DNA from: Thermoanaerobaculia bacterium
Lineage (GTDB): Bacteria > Acidobacteriota > Thermoanaerobaculia > Multivoradales > UBA5704
DNA length: 64,000 nucleotides
Reading direction: 5' to 3'
Assembly: GCA_044866775.1 (NCBI GenBank)
Contig: JBIOUG010000010.1
Span: forward strand, 9,052-73,051
The notes under the pieces are model-generated. The model worked only from the letters and a program-made list of their open reading frames with translations. It made no database searches and was not told the origin of the DNA. The position numbers were made by a program, and so were the translations under genes. Below are positions 1 through 55,465 of this stretch, in pieces (position 1 is the first letter of the stretch; every line of letters begins with the position of its first letter).

Positions 1-1
1 G

Positions 2-24440
<24,439 letters not shown>

Positions 24441-24513
24441 ACGCGCGAGGCGCGGGGGCGACCGACGGCCGGCGAAGGCACCTGCAAACTCGCCGCAAAC
24501 CTGTCCCAAGGCT

Positions 24514-24544
24514 GGAGGTTAGCGGCACTTGGAGGTTGGCGGCA
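24514..24544 (+). promoter_or_regulatory. Tandem direct repeat GGAGGTTAGCGGCA / GGAGGTTGGCGGCA (17-bp period) upstream of ORF2
   Basis: Two 14-mers with 13/14 identity at 24514-24527 and 24531-24544. Confidence 0.25.
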
Positions 24545-24625
24545 TGCTTCCGGTTCGAAGAGCGAGGACGCCCGCGCCGCAGTCTGAAACGGGCCAGGAC
24601 TCGGTGTCTGTTCCTAATCTTTTGC

Positions 24626-24639
24626 GCGGCATGCCGCGG
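24626..24639 (+). promoter_or_regulatory. Perfect 14-bp palindrome CGCGGCATGCCGCG, about 35 bp upstream of the ORF2 start, next to the AT-richer stretch TTCCTAATCTTTTG; candidate operator or promoter element
   Basis: The sequence is self-complementary. It sits in the only AT-richer patch of the 24347-24672 intergenic region. Confidence 0.3.
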
Positions 24640-24672
24640 CCCTCATAAAGCGCAAGGTCGGAGGTGGCGTCG

Positions 24673-30780
<6,108 letters not shown>

Positions 30781-30788
30781 AGGCGGGG

Positions 30789-48311
<17,523 letters not shown>

Positions 48312-48677
48312 GCGGGCACACGCAGCGCTCGCTGCACAGCTCTCTCTCCAGCGCCGGACATCGTAGAAAGAACGAGGGGCGGGCCAGGCTGCCGACTCCC
48401 CGCCGACGCGCGAGACGCGCGGGTGAAGAGTCACGCGCGACTTTCTTCACCGGTTTTGTCCCCCTAAAGGCCGCTTGCCGCACCTATCAGACGTCTAGGG
48501 GCACAGGAGAGCTTCGATGGCGGCGGACGACGTCACGCGCGGACGGCTAAGTGCCGGCATCACAGTGATTTGGCGAGGGCATCACGCCTACGCGAATAGT
48601 GAACATTACATGCGGCCTGGATCCGGGGCCGATTTCTGATCTTTCGCGCAACCATCCAACCGCAAAGGAGGGTTTCT

Positions 48678-50450
48678 TTGGACAAACCACAGGACCACGA
48701 GGAGTCGAATCCTGAGCTGGACCTCAACCGCCGGCAGTTCCTCGGCGGGGTCGGCGGCGTCACCGCGACACTGGCGGGCGGCCTGACCGGCATCTCCGCG
48801 CTCTCCGGCCTGACGAGCGAGGAGGGGGTGGCGGAGGCCGCTCTCATCGGCCCGCTGAGCCCCGCGGACCGCGCCAGCGAGGCGAAGGCGATCCGGAAGG
48901 AGGCGGCCGATGCGGAGAAGGCGCTCGGCGTCCCCGCGACGCCGACCAACGGCGACGAGGAGACGTACACCAACTTCATCGGCAACTACCACAAGTGCCT
49001 GCCGCACGACAGCATCACCGGTCTGGTCGATCCGGCGGCGTACAACGCGCTCACCGGGGCGATCCAGATGGGCACGTTCGCGGCCTTCGACGCGGTGCCG
49101 CTGGGCGTCCCGAACCAGAATCGGCTGCTGAACCCGCTCGGCGCCAACGCCTTCGGCATGGCCGGCCCGGACGCGCAGGCGGTCGGCACGCCGGCGCCGC
49201 CGTCGGTGGCCAGCGCCGCCCTCGCGGCCGATGCCGCCGAGGTCTACTGGATGGCGCTCGCCCGCGACGTCTCCTTCGCCGACTACGGCACCTCGTCGGT
49301 CATCGCCGACGCCTGCGCGGACTTGAACAACCTGCCGGGCTACGCCGGCCCCAAGGACCCGAGCACCAACCTGGTCACGCCGCAGGTGCTGTTCCGCATG
49401 AACTCCCCGGGCGTTCTCGACGGCCCGATGGTGTCGCAGTTCCTGCTCCGCAACTGGGTCTTCGACGCCTCGACGATCACGCCGTTCGTGATCACCTCGC
49501 TGCCCGGCGAGGACTACATGACGCAGTGGAACGAGTGGCTGGCGATCCAGAACGGGGCGTTTGCGGTCGGAGGGCTCAACCCGATCCTCGACGGCACGCT
49601 GCGCCTGCCGCGCAACGCCCGCGACGTCGGCATGGTCTCGGCCTTCGACCGCGTGTACACGATCTACCTGCGCGCGGCGCACATCCTCCAGAACTTCTGC
49701 AACTTCAGTACGGGCGCCAACTGCGACCTCGCGCACCCCTACCGCAACACCACCAAGCAGGCCGGCTTCACCACCTTCGGCCTCGCCTGGCTGTTCGAGA
49801 ACCTGGCCTCCGTCGGCCGCTCCGAGCAGAACACCTGGTGGTCGAAGTGGAACGTGCACCGCTTCGTGCGGCCGGAGGAGTACGGCGGGCTCGTGCAGAG
49901 CAACCTCGCCGACGGCGCGTCGCACCCGATCCACAGCGACCTGACGAGCGTCTCGACCGTGCTGCCGCGGATCTTCGCCGCCAACGCGGCGCGTAATGCG
50001 GCACGTGGCCTCAGCGGCGGCGGCACGTACCTGCTGTCGCAGGGGCTGCGCAGCGGCTGCCCGGCGCACCCGTCGTTCCCCGCCGGCCACGCCTTCTCGG
50101 CCGGCGCCTGCGTGACCTTCCTCAAGGCGTTCGTCCTCGAGACGCGCATGTGGACGGGGGTGCTGCCGACGGTCAAGCCGAACGCCGACGGCACGGCGAC
50201 CGTGCCGTACGTGGTCGGCGTCGACGGGCCGGCGCTCACGCTCGTCGGCGAGCTCAACAAGCTGGCGCACAACCTGACCTACGGCCGGAGCATGATCGGC
50301 ATCCACTTCCGGGCCGACAACGACGCCGGCCTACTCCAGGGCGAGGAGGTGGCGATCCGCACCCTGCGCGAGCAGATGGCCACCTACCCCGAGCCGTTCA
50401 CCGGCTTCACGCTCACCAAGTTCGACGGCACGACGATCGTCATCTCCTGA
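48678..50450 (+). CDS. Vanadium-dependent haloperoxidase-like protein (PAP2 / acid-phosphatase superfamily) with a twin-arginine (Tat) signal peptide; TTG start
   Basis: 590-aa ORF with a TTG start preceded by AAGGAGGG (48663-48670). The N-terminus NRRQFLGGVGGVTATLAGG is a Tat motif. The conserved vanadate/phosphate-binding motifs are present: KWNVHRFVRPE (KxxxxxxRP-like), PSFPAGHAFSAG (PxYPSGHA-like) and LTYGRSMIGIHFRADND (RxxxGxHxxxD). Confidence 0.65.
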   Translation: MDKPQDHEESNPELDLNRRQFLGGVGGVTATLAGGLTGISALSGLTSEEGVAEAALIGPLSPADRASEAKAIRKEAADAEKALGVPATPTNGDEETYTNFIGNYHKCLPHDSITGLVDPAAYNALTGAIQMGTFAAFDAVPLGVPNQNRLLNPLGANAFGMAGPDAQAVGTPAPPSVASAALAADAAEVYWMALARDVSFADYGTSSVIADACADLNNLPGYAGPKDPSTNLVTPQVLFRMNSPGVLDGPMVSQFLLRNWVFDASTITPFVITSLPGEDYMTQWNEWLAIQNGAFAVGGLNPILDGTLRLPRNARDVGMVSAFDRVYTIYLRAAHILQNFCNFSTGANCDLAHPYRNTTKQAGFTTFGLAWLFENLASVGRSEQNTWWSKWNVHRFVRPEEYGGLVQSNLADGASHPIHSDLTSVSTVLPRIFAANAARNAARGLSGGGTYLLSQGLRSGCPAHPSFPAGHAFSAGACVTFLKAFVLETRMWTGVLPTVKPNADGTATVPYVVGVDGPALTLVGELNKLAHNLTYGRSMIGIHFRADNDAGLLQGEEVAIRTLREQMATYPEPFTGFTLTKFDGTTIVIS

Positions 50451-50475
50451 TCCGCCGCGATCACGCGGCTCTCGA

Positions 50476-50512
50476 GGGGTGGCCCCTGGGGCTGGGGCCA
50501 CCCCCTTTTTTT
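50476..50512 (+). terminator. Rho-independent terminator after the haloperoxidase-like gene (probably bidirectional with the convergent rlmL-like gene)
   Basis: Perfect 11-bp stem GGGGTGGCCCC (50476-50486) / GGGGCCACCCC (50494-50504), 7-nt loop, followed by TTTTTTT at 50506-50512. Confidence 0.85.
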
Positions 50513-50519
50513 GCTTCCG

Positions 50520-51683
50520 TCAGTAGAGATCGAACACCAGGATCCGCGCTTCGAGCGGGCCGTTCCACACCGGGATGCGCCGGCGGGGGCGAAGGCCGAT
50601 GCCTTTGCCAAGAGCCGGACCGCCGGCGAGGACGGCGGCCTGCCAGCCGGCGAAGCGGCGCTTGAGCAGGTCACCGAGGCGCCGCCACTGCTCGGCCGCG
50701 CCGGCGAGCCGCTCGCCGTGGGGCGGGTTGACGACCACGAGGCCGGGACCGTCCGCCGGCGGCTCCAGCTCGAAGGCGTCGCCACGCGCCAGCCGCGCGC
50801 GCTCGGCGAGCCCGGCCCGCGCGAGATTGGCGCCGGCGGCGCGCAACGCCTCGGCCGAGGTGTCCACACCCAGCAGACGCAGGCTCTCGGCACCGGGTGC
50901 CCGGAGCGGCTCGGCGCGGACTGCCGCGAACGCCTCCGCGGCGAACCCGGGCAGCCGCTCGAAGGCCCAGCCCCCGGCCCCCGGCTCGGCCCGCAGCGCC
51001 CCCGGCGGACGGCCGAGAGCGAGCCATCCGGCTTCGACCAGGAGCGTCCCCGAGCCGCACATCGGATCGACGACCGGCCCCGCGCCGCTCCATCCCGAGG
51101 CCAGCACGCAGGCCGCCGCAAGCTGCTCGCGCAGCGGCGCCGCGACCGAGGCGACACGGTAGCCCCGGCGATCGAGCGGCTCGCCCGAAGTGTCCAGCAA
51201 GAGGGTGGCGCGGTCGTGGTGGAGGCGCAGCCGCAGCGCCAGGTCGGGGCGCTCGCGGTCGACGGCCGAGCGGCGGCCCCAGCGGTCGCGCTGGCCGTCG
51301 ACCAGGCCGTCTTTCACCTTGAGCGCCGCCCACTGCGGGTCGCGCACGGCCGAGCCGGCGACGCTGGCGCGCACGGCGAGGCTGCGCGCCGGGTGGAGGA
51401 GCGCGACCAGCTCCTCGCGCTCTGCCGTGACGACGGCACCCGCGGCGAGCGCGCGTGCGCCGGCGGCGAGCGCGTCGCCGTCCGGCGCGTCCCAGGCGGC
51501 GATCTCGACCAGCACCCGGTTGGCGGTACGCAGCCGCCAGTTGGCGCGCCAGCAGTCTTCCCAGGCGCCGCGGAAAGAGACCGCGCCGCGCTCGCGGGCG
51601 AGGTCGCGCGCCCCGAGCGCGGCCAGCTCGCCCGCCAGCAGCTCCTCGAGACCGAGACCGCAGGTGGCGACGAGGTCGAGCAT
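50520..51683 (-). CDS. rlmL: THUMP-domain class I SAM-dependent rRNA methyltransferase (RlmL-like, 23S rRNA m2G family)
   Basis: 387 aa. The N-terminus CGLGLEELLAGELAALGA resembles the RlmL THUMP N-terminus. SAM motif VVDPMCGSGTLLVEAG. Catalytic motif VVVNPPHGERL (NPPY-like). Confidence 0.65.
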   Translation of the reverse strand: MLDLVATCGLGLEELLAGELAALGARDLARERGAVSFRGAWEDCWRANWRLRTANRVLVEIAAWDAPDGDALAAGARALAAGAVVTAEREELVALLHPARSLAVRASVAGSAVRDPQWAALKVKDGLVDGQRDRWGRRSAVDRERPDLALRLRLHHDRATLLLDTSGEPLDRRGYRVASVAAPLREQLAAACVLASGWSGAGPVVDPMCGSGTLLVEAGWLALGRPPGALRAEPGAGGWAFERLPGFAAEAFAAVRAEPLRAPGAESLRLLGVDTSAEALRAAGANLARAGLAERARLARGDAFELEPPADGPGLVVVNPPHGERLAGAAEQWRRLGDLLKRRFAGWQAAVLAGGPALGKGIGLRPRRRIPVWNGPLEARILVFDLY

Positions 51684-51762
51684 CGCGCAAGTCTAACCAG
51701 CGGCGCGTGGTATCCTGACCACGGCGACCCGCCCGGCCGCCACCCCGACCAGGGAGAGGACC

Positions 51763-52332
51763 ATGGACGCAGCCTGTTCACCGGCGGTCAGCCGGATGAT
51801 CGAGCAGTGGCGCGAGACGGTGCGCGGCGGCGACGTCGACGCCATCACGCGCCGCATCAAGCGAGACCTCAGCGAGCAGATCCGGGGCGAAGGGGTGGAG
51901 CTGCCGCCGGCCTACCGCCACACGCTTCCCGACCACTACGCGCGGCGCCTCCTCTACCGCGATCCCGAGCTGCCGCTCACCGCGGTGGTCATGGCCTGGG
52001 CGCCCAGCCAGCAGACGCCGCTGCACGACCATTCGGGGATCTGGTGCGTCGAAGGGGTGGTGGAAGGGGAGATGGAGGTCGTCCGCTTCGAGCTGCTCGA
52101 GGAGTGCGGCGGCCGATGTCGCTTCGGCGAGTTCGAGCGCCTGCGGGCCGGCACCGGCTCGGCAGGGGCGCTGATCCCGCCGCTCGAGTACCACGTCCTG
52201 CGCAATCCCACCGGTCGCACCGTCATCACTCTCCACGTCTACGGCGGCGAGATGGACCACTGCGGCGTCTTCGTGCCGCAGCCGGACGGGAGCTGGCGGC
52301 GCGAGGAAAAAGCCCTCTCCTACACCGACTGA
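51763..52332 (+). CDS. Cysteine dioxygenase type I (cupin)
   Basis: 189 aa. Metal-binding PLHDHSGIWCVEG (3-His site HxH plus the conserved Cys). A second cupin motif EYHVLRNPTG...TLHVYGG (His/Tyr) is present. Arg in YARRLLYRD is consistent with an Arg-type true CDO. Confidence 0.7.
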   Translation: MDAACSPAVSRMIEQWRETVRGGDVDAITRRIKRDLSEQIRGEGVELPPAYRHTLPDHYARRLLYRDPELPLTAVVMAWAPSQQTPLHDHSGIWCVEGVVEGEMEVVRFELLEECGGRCRFGEFERLRAGTGSAGALIPPLEYHVLRNPTGRTVITLHVYGGEMDHCGVFVPQPDGSWRREEKALSYTD

Positions 52333-52352
52333 GCGCTCCCGCCGCCGATCCC

Positions 52353-53453
52353 ATGGCTTCGCCGGCGATCCCCACCGGGAAGAGCCCCGACCTCCGCGTC
52401 TGCCAGGAGGAGCCGTTCAACGCCGGCCCACCGGCGGCCCGCCTGCTGCGCACGGTCGTCACTCCGACCGACCTCTTCTTCGTCCGCAGCCACGCGCCGG
52501 TGCCGCGCATCGACGTCCAACGCTTCCGCCTCACCGTCGAAGGTCTGGTCGAGCGGGCGCTCTCGCTCACCGTCGACGACCTGCGCCGCAACTTCTCGTG
52601 GGTGTCGCTCGAGGCCACCCTGGTCTGCGCCGGCAACCGGCGGAGCGAGCTGCTGCAGGTGGCGCCGATCCCCGGCGAGCTGCCGTGGGGGATCGAGGGG
52701 GCGAGCAACGCCCGCTGGGCGGGAGCGCCGCTCGCCGAGGTATTGACCGAGGCCGGCGTGCTCCCCGAAGCGCGGCACGTCGGCTTCACCGGTCTCGACC
52801 GGGTGGAGCGGCACGGGAGCCGCTTCGGCTTCGGCGGCTCGGTGCCGCTCGCCAAGGCGCTCGGGTCCGAGGTCCTCCTGGCCTACGAGATGAACGGCGA
52901 GCCGCTCACCCCGACGCACGGCTTTCCGCTGCGCGCGCTGGTGCCCGGCTTCTTCGGCGCCCGCAGCGTCAAATGGCTGTCGCGGGTCGAGGTGCGGCTC
53001 GAGCCGTCGGACAACTATTTCCAGACCCGCGCCTATCGCCTGGCGCCGGCAGCCGACGGCGGACCCGAGGGCGTGGACTGGCTGCGCGCCGTGCCGCTCG
53101 GCGAGATGCCGGTCAACTCGATCATCTGCGACCCCGGCGACGGCGCCGAGGTGCCGGCCGGGCGGCTCACGGTCGCCGGCTGGGCAATCGCCGGCGGCGG
53201 CCGCACCGTCGAGCGCATCGACCTCTCGGGCGACGGCGGCCGCACCTGGACCCGCTGCGAGCTGCTGCGCAGCGACCCCTGGTCCTGGTGCTTCTGGGGG
53301 GGCGAGGTGGAGCTCCAGCCCGGGCGCCACACGCTGGTGGCGCGCGCCCTCGACTCGGCCGCCCAGCTCCAGCCGGAGCGGCTGGAGAGCGTCTGGAACG
53401 CCAAGGGCTACGCCAACAACGCCTGGCACCGGGTTACGGTAACGGCGGTCTAG
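52353..53453 (+). CDS. Sulfite oxidase-family molybdopterin oxidoreductase (Oxidored_molyb plus Mo-co dimerisation domain)
   Basis: The ATG at 52353 is in frame within the spurious long ORF 50511-53453. The Mo-ligand cysteine motif LVCAGNRRSE is present. GFPLRALVPGFFGARSVKWL is typical of sulfite oxidase / YedY-like enzymes. No signal peptide is evident. Confidence 0.75.
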   Translation: MASPAIPTGKSPDLRVCQEEPFNAGPPAARLLRTVVTPTDLFFVRSHAPVPRIDVQRFRLTVEGLVERALSLTVDDLRRNFSWVSLEATLVCAGNRRSELLQVAPIPGELPWGIEGASNARWAGAPLAEVLTEAGVLPEARHVGFTGLDRVERHGSRFGFGGSVPLAKALGSEVLLAYEMNGEPLTPTHGFPLRALVPGFFGARSVKWLSRVEVRLEPSDNYFQTRAYRLAPAADGGPEGVDWLRAVPLGEMPVNSIICDPGDGAEVPAGRLTVAGWAIAGGGRTVERIDLSGDGGRTWTRCELLRSDPWSWCFWGGEVELQPGRHTLVARALDSAAQLQPERLESVWNAKGYANNAWHRVTVTAV

Positions 53454-53482
53454 CGGCCCGCGCTCCTCCTCACCTGAGCTTT

Positions 53483-54220
53483 TTATTCTTTTTCCGTGTA
53501 CGCCTCGTGCAGGCGGACCGGCGGCGCCGGCACGCGCCGCAGGCGCAGGTTGAGCGCTTCGACGAAGACCGAGAACCCCATCGCGAAGTAGATGTAGCCC
53601 TTCGGGATGTGCTGGTCGAGCCCCTCGGCGATCAACGAGACGCCGATCAGCAGCAGGAACGAGAGGGCGAGCATCTTCACCGTCGGATGGCGGTGCACGA
53701 AGTCGCTGATCGGCCCCGAGGCGAAGAGCATCACCACCACCGCGATGACGACGGCGGCGATCATCACGCCGACCTGCTCGACCATGCCGACCGCGGTGAT
53801 CACCGAGTCGAGCGAGAAGACGATGTCGAGTAGCGCGATCTGCACGATCACGGCGCCGAACGAGGCCGCCACCCGCGCGCTGGCGTGCCCCTCGTCGCCC
53901 TCCAGCCGGTCGTGGATCTCGTGCGTCGCCTTGTAGAGGAGAAAGACGCCGCCGGCGAGCAGGATGAGGTCGCGGCCGGAGATCTCCTGGCCGAAGGCGG
54001 TGAAGAGCGGCGCCGTCAGCCGGATGACCCAGACGATCGACAGGAGCAGCAGGATGCGGGTCCCCATCGCCAGCATCAGCCCGAGGCGGCGGGCGCTCGC
54101 CTGGCGCTCGGGCGGCAGCTTCCCCGCCAGGATCGAGATGAAGACGATGTTGTCGATGCCGAGGACGATCTCGAGGACGGTCAGGGTGAGGAGCGCGATC
54201 CAGATTTGGGGAGAAAGCAT
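53483..54220 (-). CDS. TerC-family integral membrane protein
   Basis: 245 aa, multi-pass hydrophobic protein. TerC signature LEIVLGIDNIVFISILAGKLP and a second repeat VFSLDSVITAVGM. Confidence 0.8.
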   Translation of the reverse strand: MLSPQIWIALLTLTVLEIVLGIDNIVFISILAGKLPPERQASARRLGLMLAMGTRILLLLSIVWVIRLTAPLFTAFGQEISGRDLILLAGGVFLLYKATHEIHDRLEGDEGHASARVAASFGAVIVQIALLDIVFSLDSVITAVGMVEQVGVMIAAVVIAVVVMLFASGPISDFVHRHPTVKMLALSFLLLIGVSLIAEGLDQHIPKGYIYFAMGFSVFVEALNLRLRRVPAPPVRLHEAYTEKE

Positions 54221-54285
54221 GGAGAGCCTCCGGTGTCGTTTGATGCGACCGTTGGAGCTGAGCGGACGTCCGAGGTGCTTCCACC

Positions 54286-54347
54286 TTTACTGCATTGATC
54301 CGATCTCCCTCGCCCCTGGCCCCTCTCCCACATGGGAGAGGGGGACG
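54286..54347 (+). repeat. GC-rich palindromic intergenic repeat, copy 1 (REP/MITE-like)
   Basis: CTTTACTGCATTGATCCGATCTCCCTCGCCCCTGGCCCCTCTCCCACATGGGAGAGGGGGACG. It contains a 10-bp stem CCCCTCTCCC / GGGAGAGGGG with loop ACAT. Lies in the divergent terC-apaG intergenic region. Confidence 0.8.
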
Positions 54348-54423
54348 TGCTTCCGGGCTGCTCGGCGGGCGGCGGATTCTAGCAGCCGGAGACGAAGGCC
54401 GGCGTGCAATAATCGACCGCCCC

Positions 54424-54807
54424 ATGAGCGACGCGACCACCCGCGGCATCCGCGTGCAGGTGGCGAGCTTCTACGACGCCGAGCGCAGCGCGCCGCAGGA
54501 GCACTACTACTTCTTCGCCTACCAGGTCCGGATCACCAACGTCGGCGAGCAGACGGCGCAGCTCGTCTCGCGCGAGTGGATCATCACCGACGGCGACGGC
54601 GACGTGCAGCGCGTGACCGGCCCCGGGGTGGTGGGGGAGCAGCCGGTGCTGGCGCCCGGGGCGAGGTTCGAGTACACCAGCTTCTGCCCGCTGCGCACGC
54701 CGGTGGGGTCGATGGAAGGCACCTACCGCATGCGCACCGAAGGCGGCGAGACCTTCGACGCGGTGATCGCGCCGTTCTCCCTCGCCGTCCCTCACGCCGT
54801 GAACTGA
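54424..54807 (+). CDS. apaG: ApaG-domain protein
   Basis: 127 aa. IRVQVASFYDAERSAPQEHYYFFAYQVRITNVGEQTAQLVSREWIITDGDG matches the ApaG/DUF525 fold signature. The start is the ATG at 54424 inside the longer annotated ORF. Confidence 0.8.
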   Translation: MSDATTRGIRVQVASFYDAERSAPQEHYYFFAYQVRITNVGEQTAQLVSREWIITDGDGDVQRVTGPGVVGEQPVLAPGARFEYTSFCPLRTPVGSMEGTYRMRTEGGETFDAVIAPFSLAVPHAVN

Positions 54808-54811
54808 AGGC

Positions 54812-54847
54812 AACAGCGGCGACCGTTTTCGTCGGCGCCACTGTTGC
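54812..54847 (+). terminator. Possible hairpin terminator after apaG
   Basis: CAACAGCGGCG ... CGGCGCCACTGTTG forms an imperfect inverted repeat with a T-rich loop (CCGTTTTCGT). No downstream T-tract is present. Confidence 0.3.
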
Positions 54848-54871
54848 GGTCGGGGGAGGCTGGAGATGACT

Positions 54872-54938
54872 CCACCTGTACTGCATTGATCCGGTCTCCC
54901 TCACCCCTGGCCCCTCTCCCACATGGGAGAGGGGAACG
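54872..54938 (+). repeat. GC-rich palindromic intergenic repeat, copy 2
   Basis: TCCACCTGTACTGCATTGATCCGGTCTCCCTCACCCCTGGCCCCTCTCCCACATGGGAGAGGGGAACG. Lies between convergent apaG and the VOC gene. Confidence 0.8.
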
Positions 54939-54941
54939 CCT

Positions 54942-55352
54942 TCAGGGCCTAGGTATCTCGCTGTACAGGGCGTGGAAGTTCCCCTCAAGATCGCGGAAGA
55001 AGGCCATCCAGAGGTCGACCTCGCCCAGGCTCGCGACCTTGTGCGGGTCGCCCTCGAAGGCGACACCACGCTCGACGAGCGTCGAGTGGGCGGCATGGAT
55101 GTCGGGCACGTCGAAGTAGAGGATCGAGCTCGGGTGATCGTATTCCGGTTTCTCCGGCAGGCCGAGCATCAGGCGGATGCCGCCGCAGTCGAAGAAAGCC
55201 ATGCGCGGCACGGTGAAGAGGAAGCGCAGGCCGAGGACGTCGCGGTAGAAGGCGGTCGCGCGGTCGACGTCGTGCACATTGACGGCGATCTGCGCGATGC
55301 GGTTGATGCCGACGCTGGTGCCCGGTTCCGGGCTCGTCTCGTGACTGGCCAT
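54942..55352 (-). CDS. VOC-family protein (glyoxalase/bleomycin-resistance/dioxygenase fold)
   Basis: 136 aa. IAVNVHDVDRATAFYRDVLGLRF ... GIRLMLG ... HALYSEIP is a typical VOC beta-alpha-beta-beta-beta module. Confidence 0.7.
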   Translation of the reverse strand: MASHETSPEPGTSVGINRIAQIAVNVHDVDRATAFYRDVLGLRFLFTVPRMAFFDCGGIRLMLGLPEKPEYDHPSSILYFDVPDIHAAHSTLVERGVAFEGDPHKVASLGEVDLWMAFFRDLEGNFHALYSEIPRP

Positions 55353-55379
55353 GAGTTCCTCCTCTCGACCTCGTCGTTA

Positions 55380-55410
55380 CCCCAGCAAGCGTTCCCCTCT
55401 CCCGGGTCAA
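55380..55410 (-). repeat. Truncated, inverted copy of the same repeat family (copy 4)
   Basis: The reverse complement reads CTTTACTGCATTGACCCGGGAGAGGGGAACG. The two ends of the element are present, with an internal deletion of about 33 bp that removes the left stem arm. Lies between the VOC gene start and the rnd end. Confidence 0.65.
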
Positions 55411-55465
55411 TGCAGTAAAGATCAAAGCAACTCGGAGGTCGCGGCGCGTCAACCGATCACCGCCG

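Noticed and set aside
50511-53453. 980-aa plus-strand ORF spanning 50511-53453
   Set aside because: Its first roughly 600 codons are antisense to the rlmL-like gene and pass through the cysteine dioxygenase gene out of frame. They are Arg/Gly-rich noise. Only the last 366 codons (from the ATG at 52353) have a sulfite-oxidase-family signature, so only that part is called.
54221-54423. yybP-ykoY (Mn) riboswitch upstream of the TerC-family gene
   Set aside because: The minus-strand leader lacks the conserved GGGGAGUAG / CUUGUC elements. The region is instead occupied by a copy of the palindromic intergenic repeat.
53964-54869. 301-aa plus-strand ORF across the terC-apaG intergenic region
   Set aside because: It runs through the intergenic repeat and overlaps apaG out of frame. 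It is Arg-rich with no motifs.
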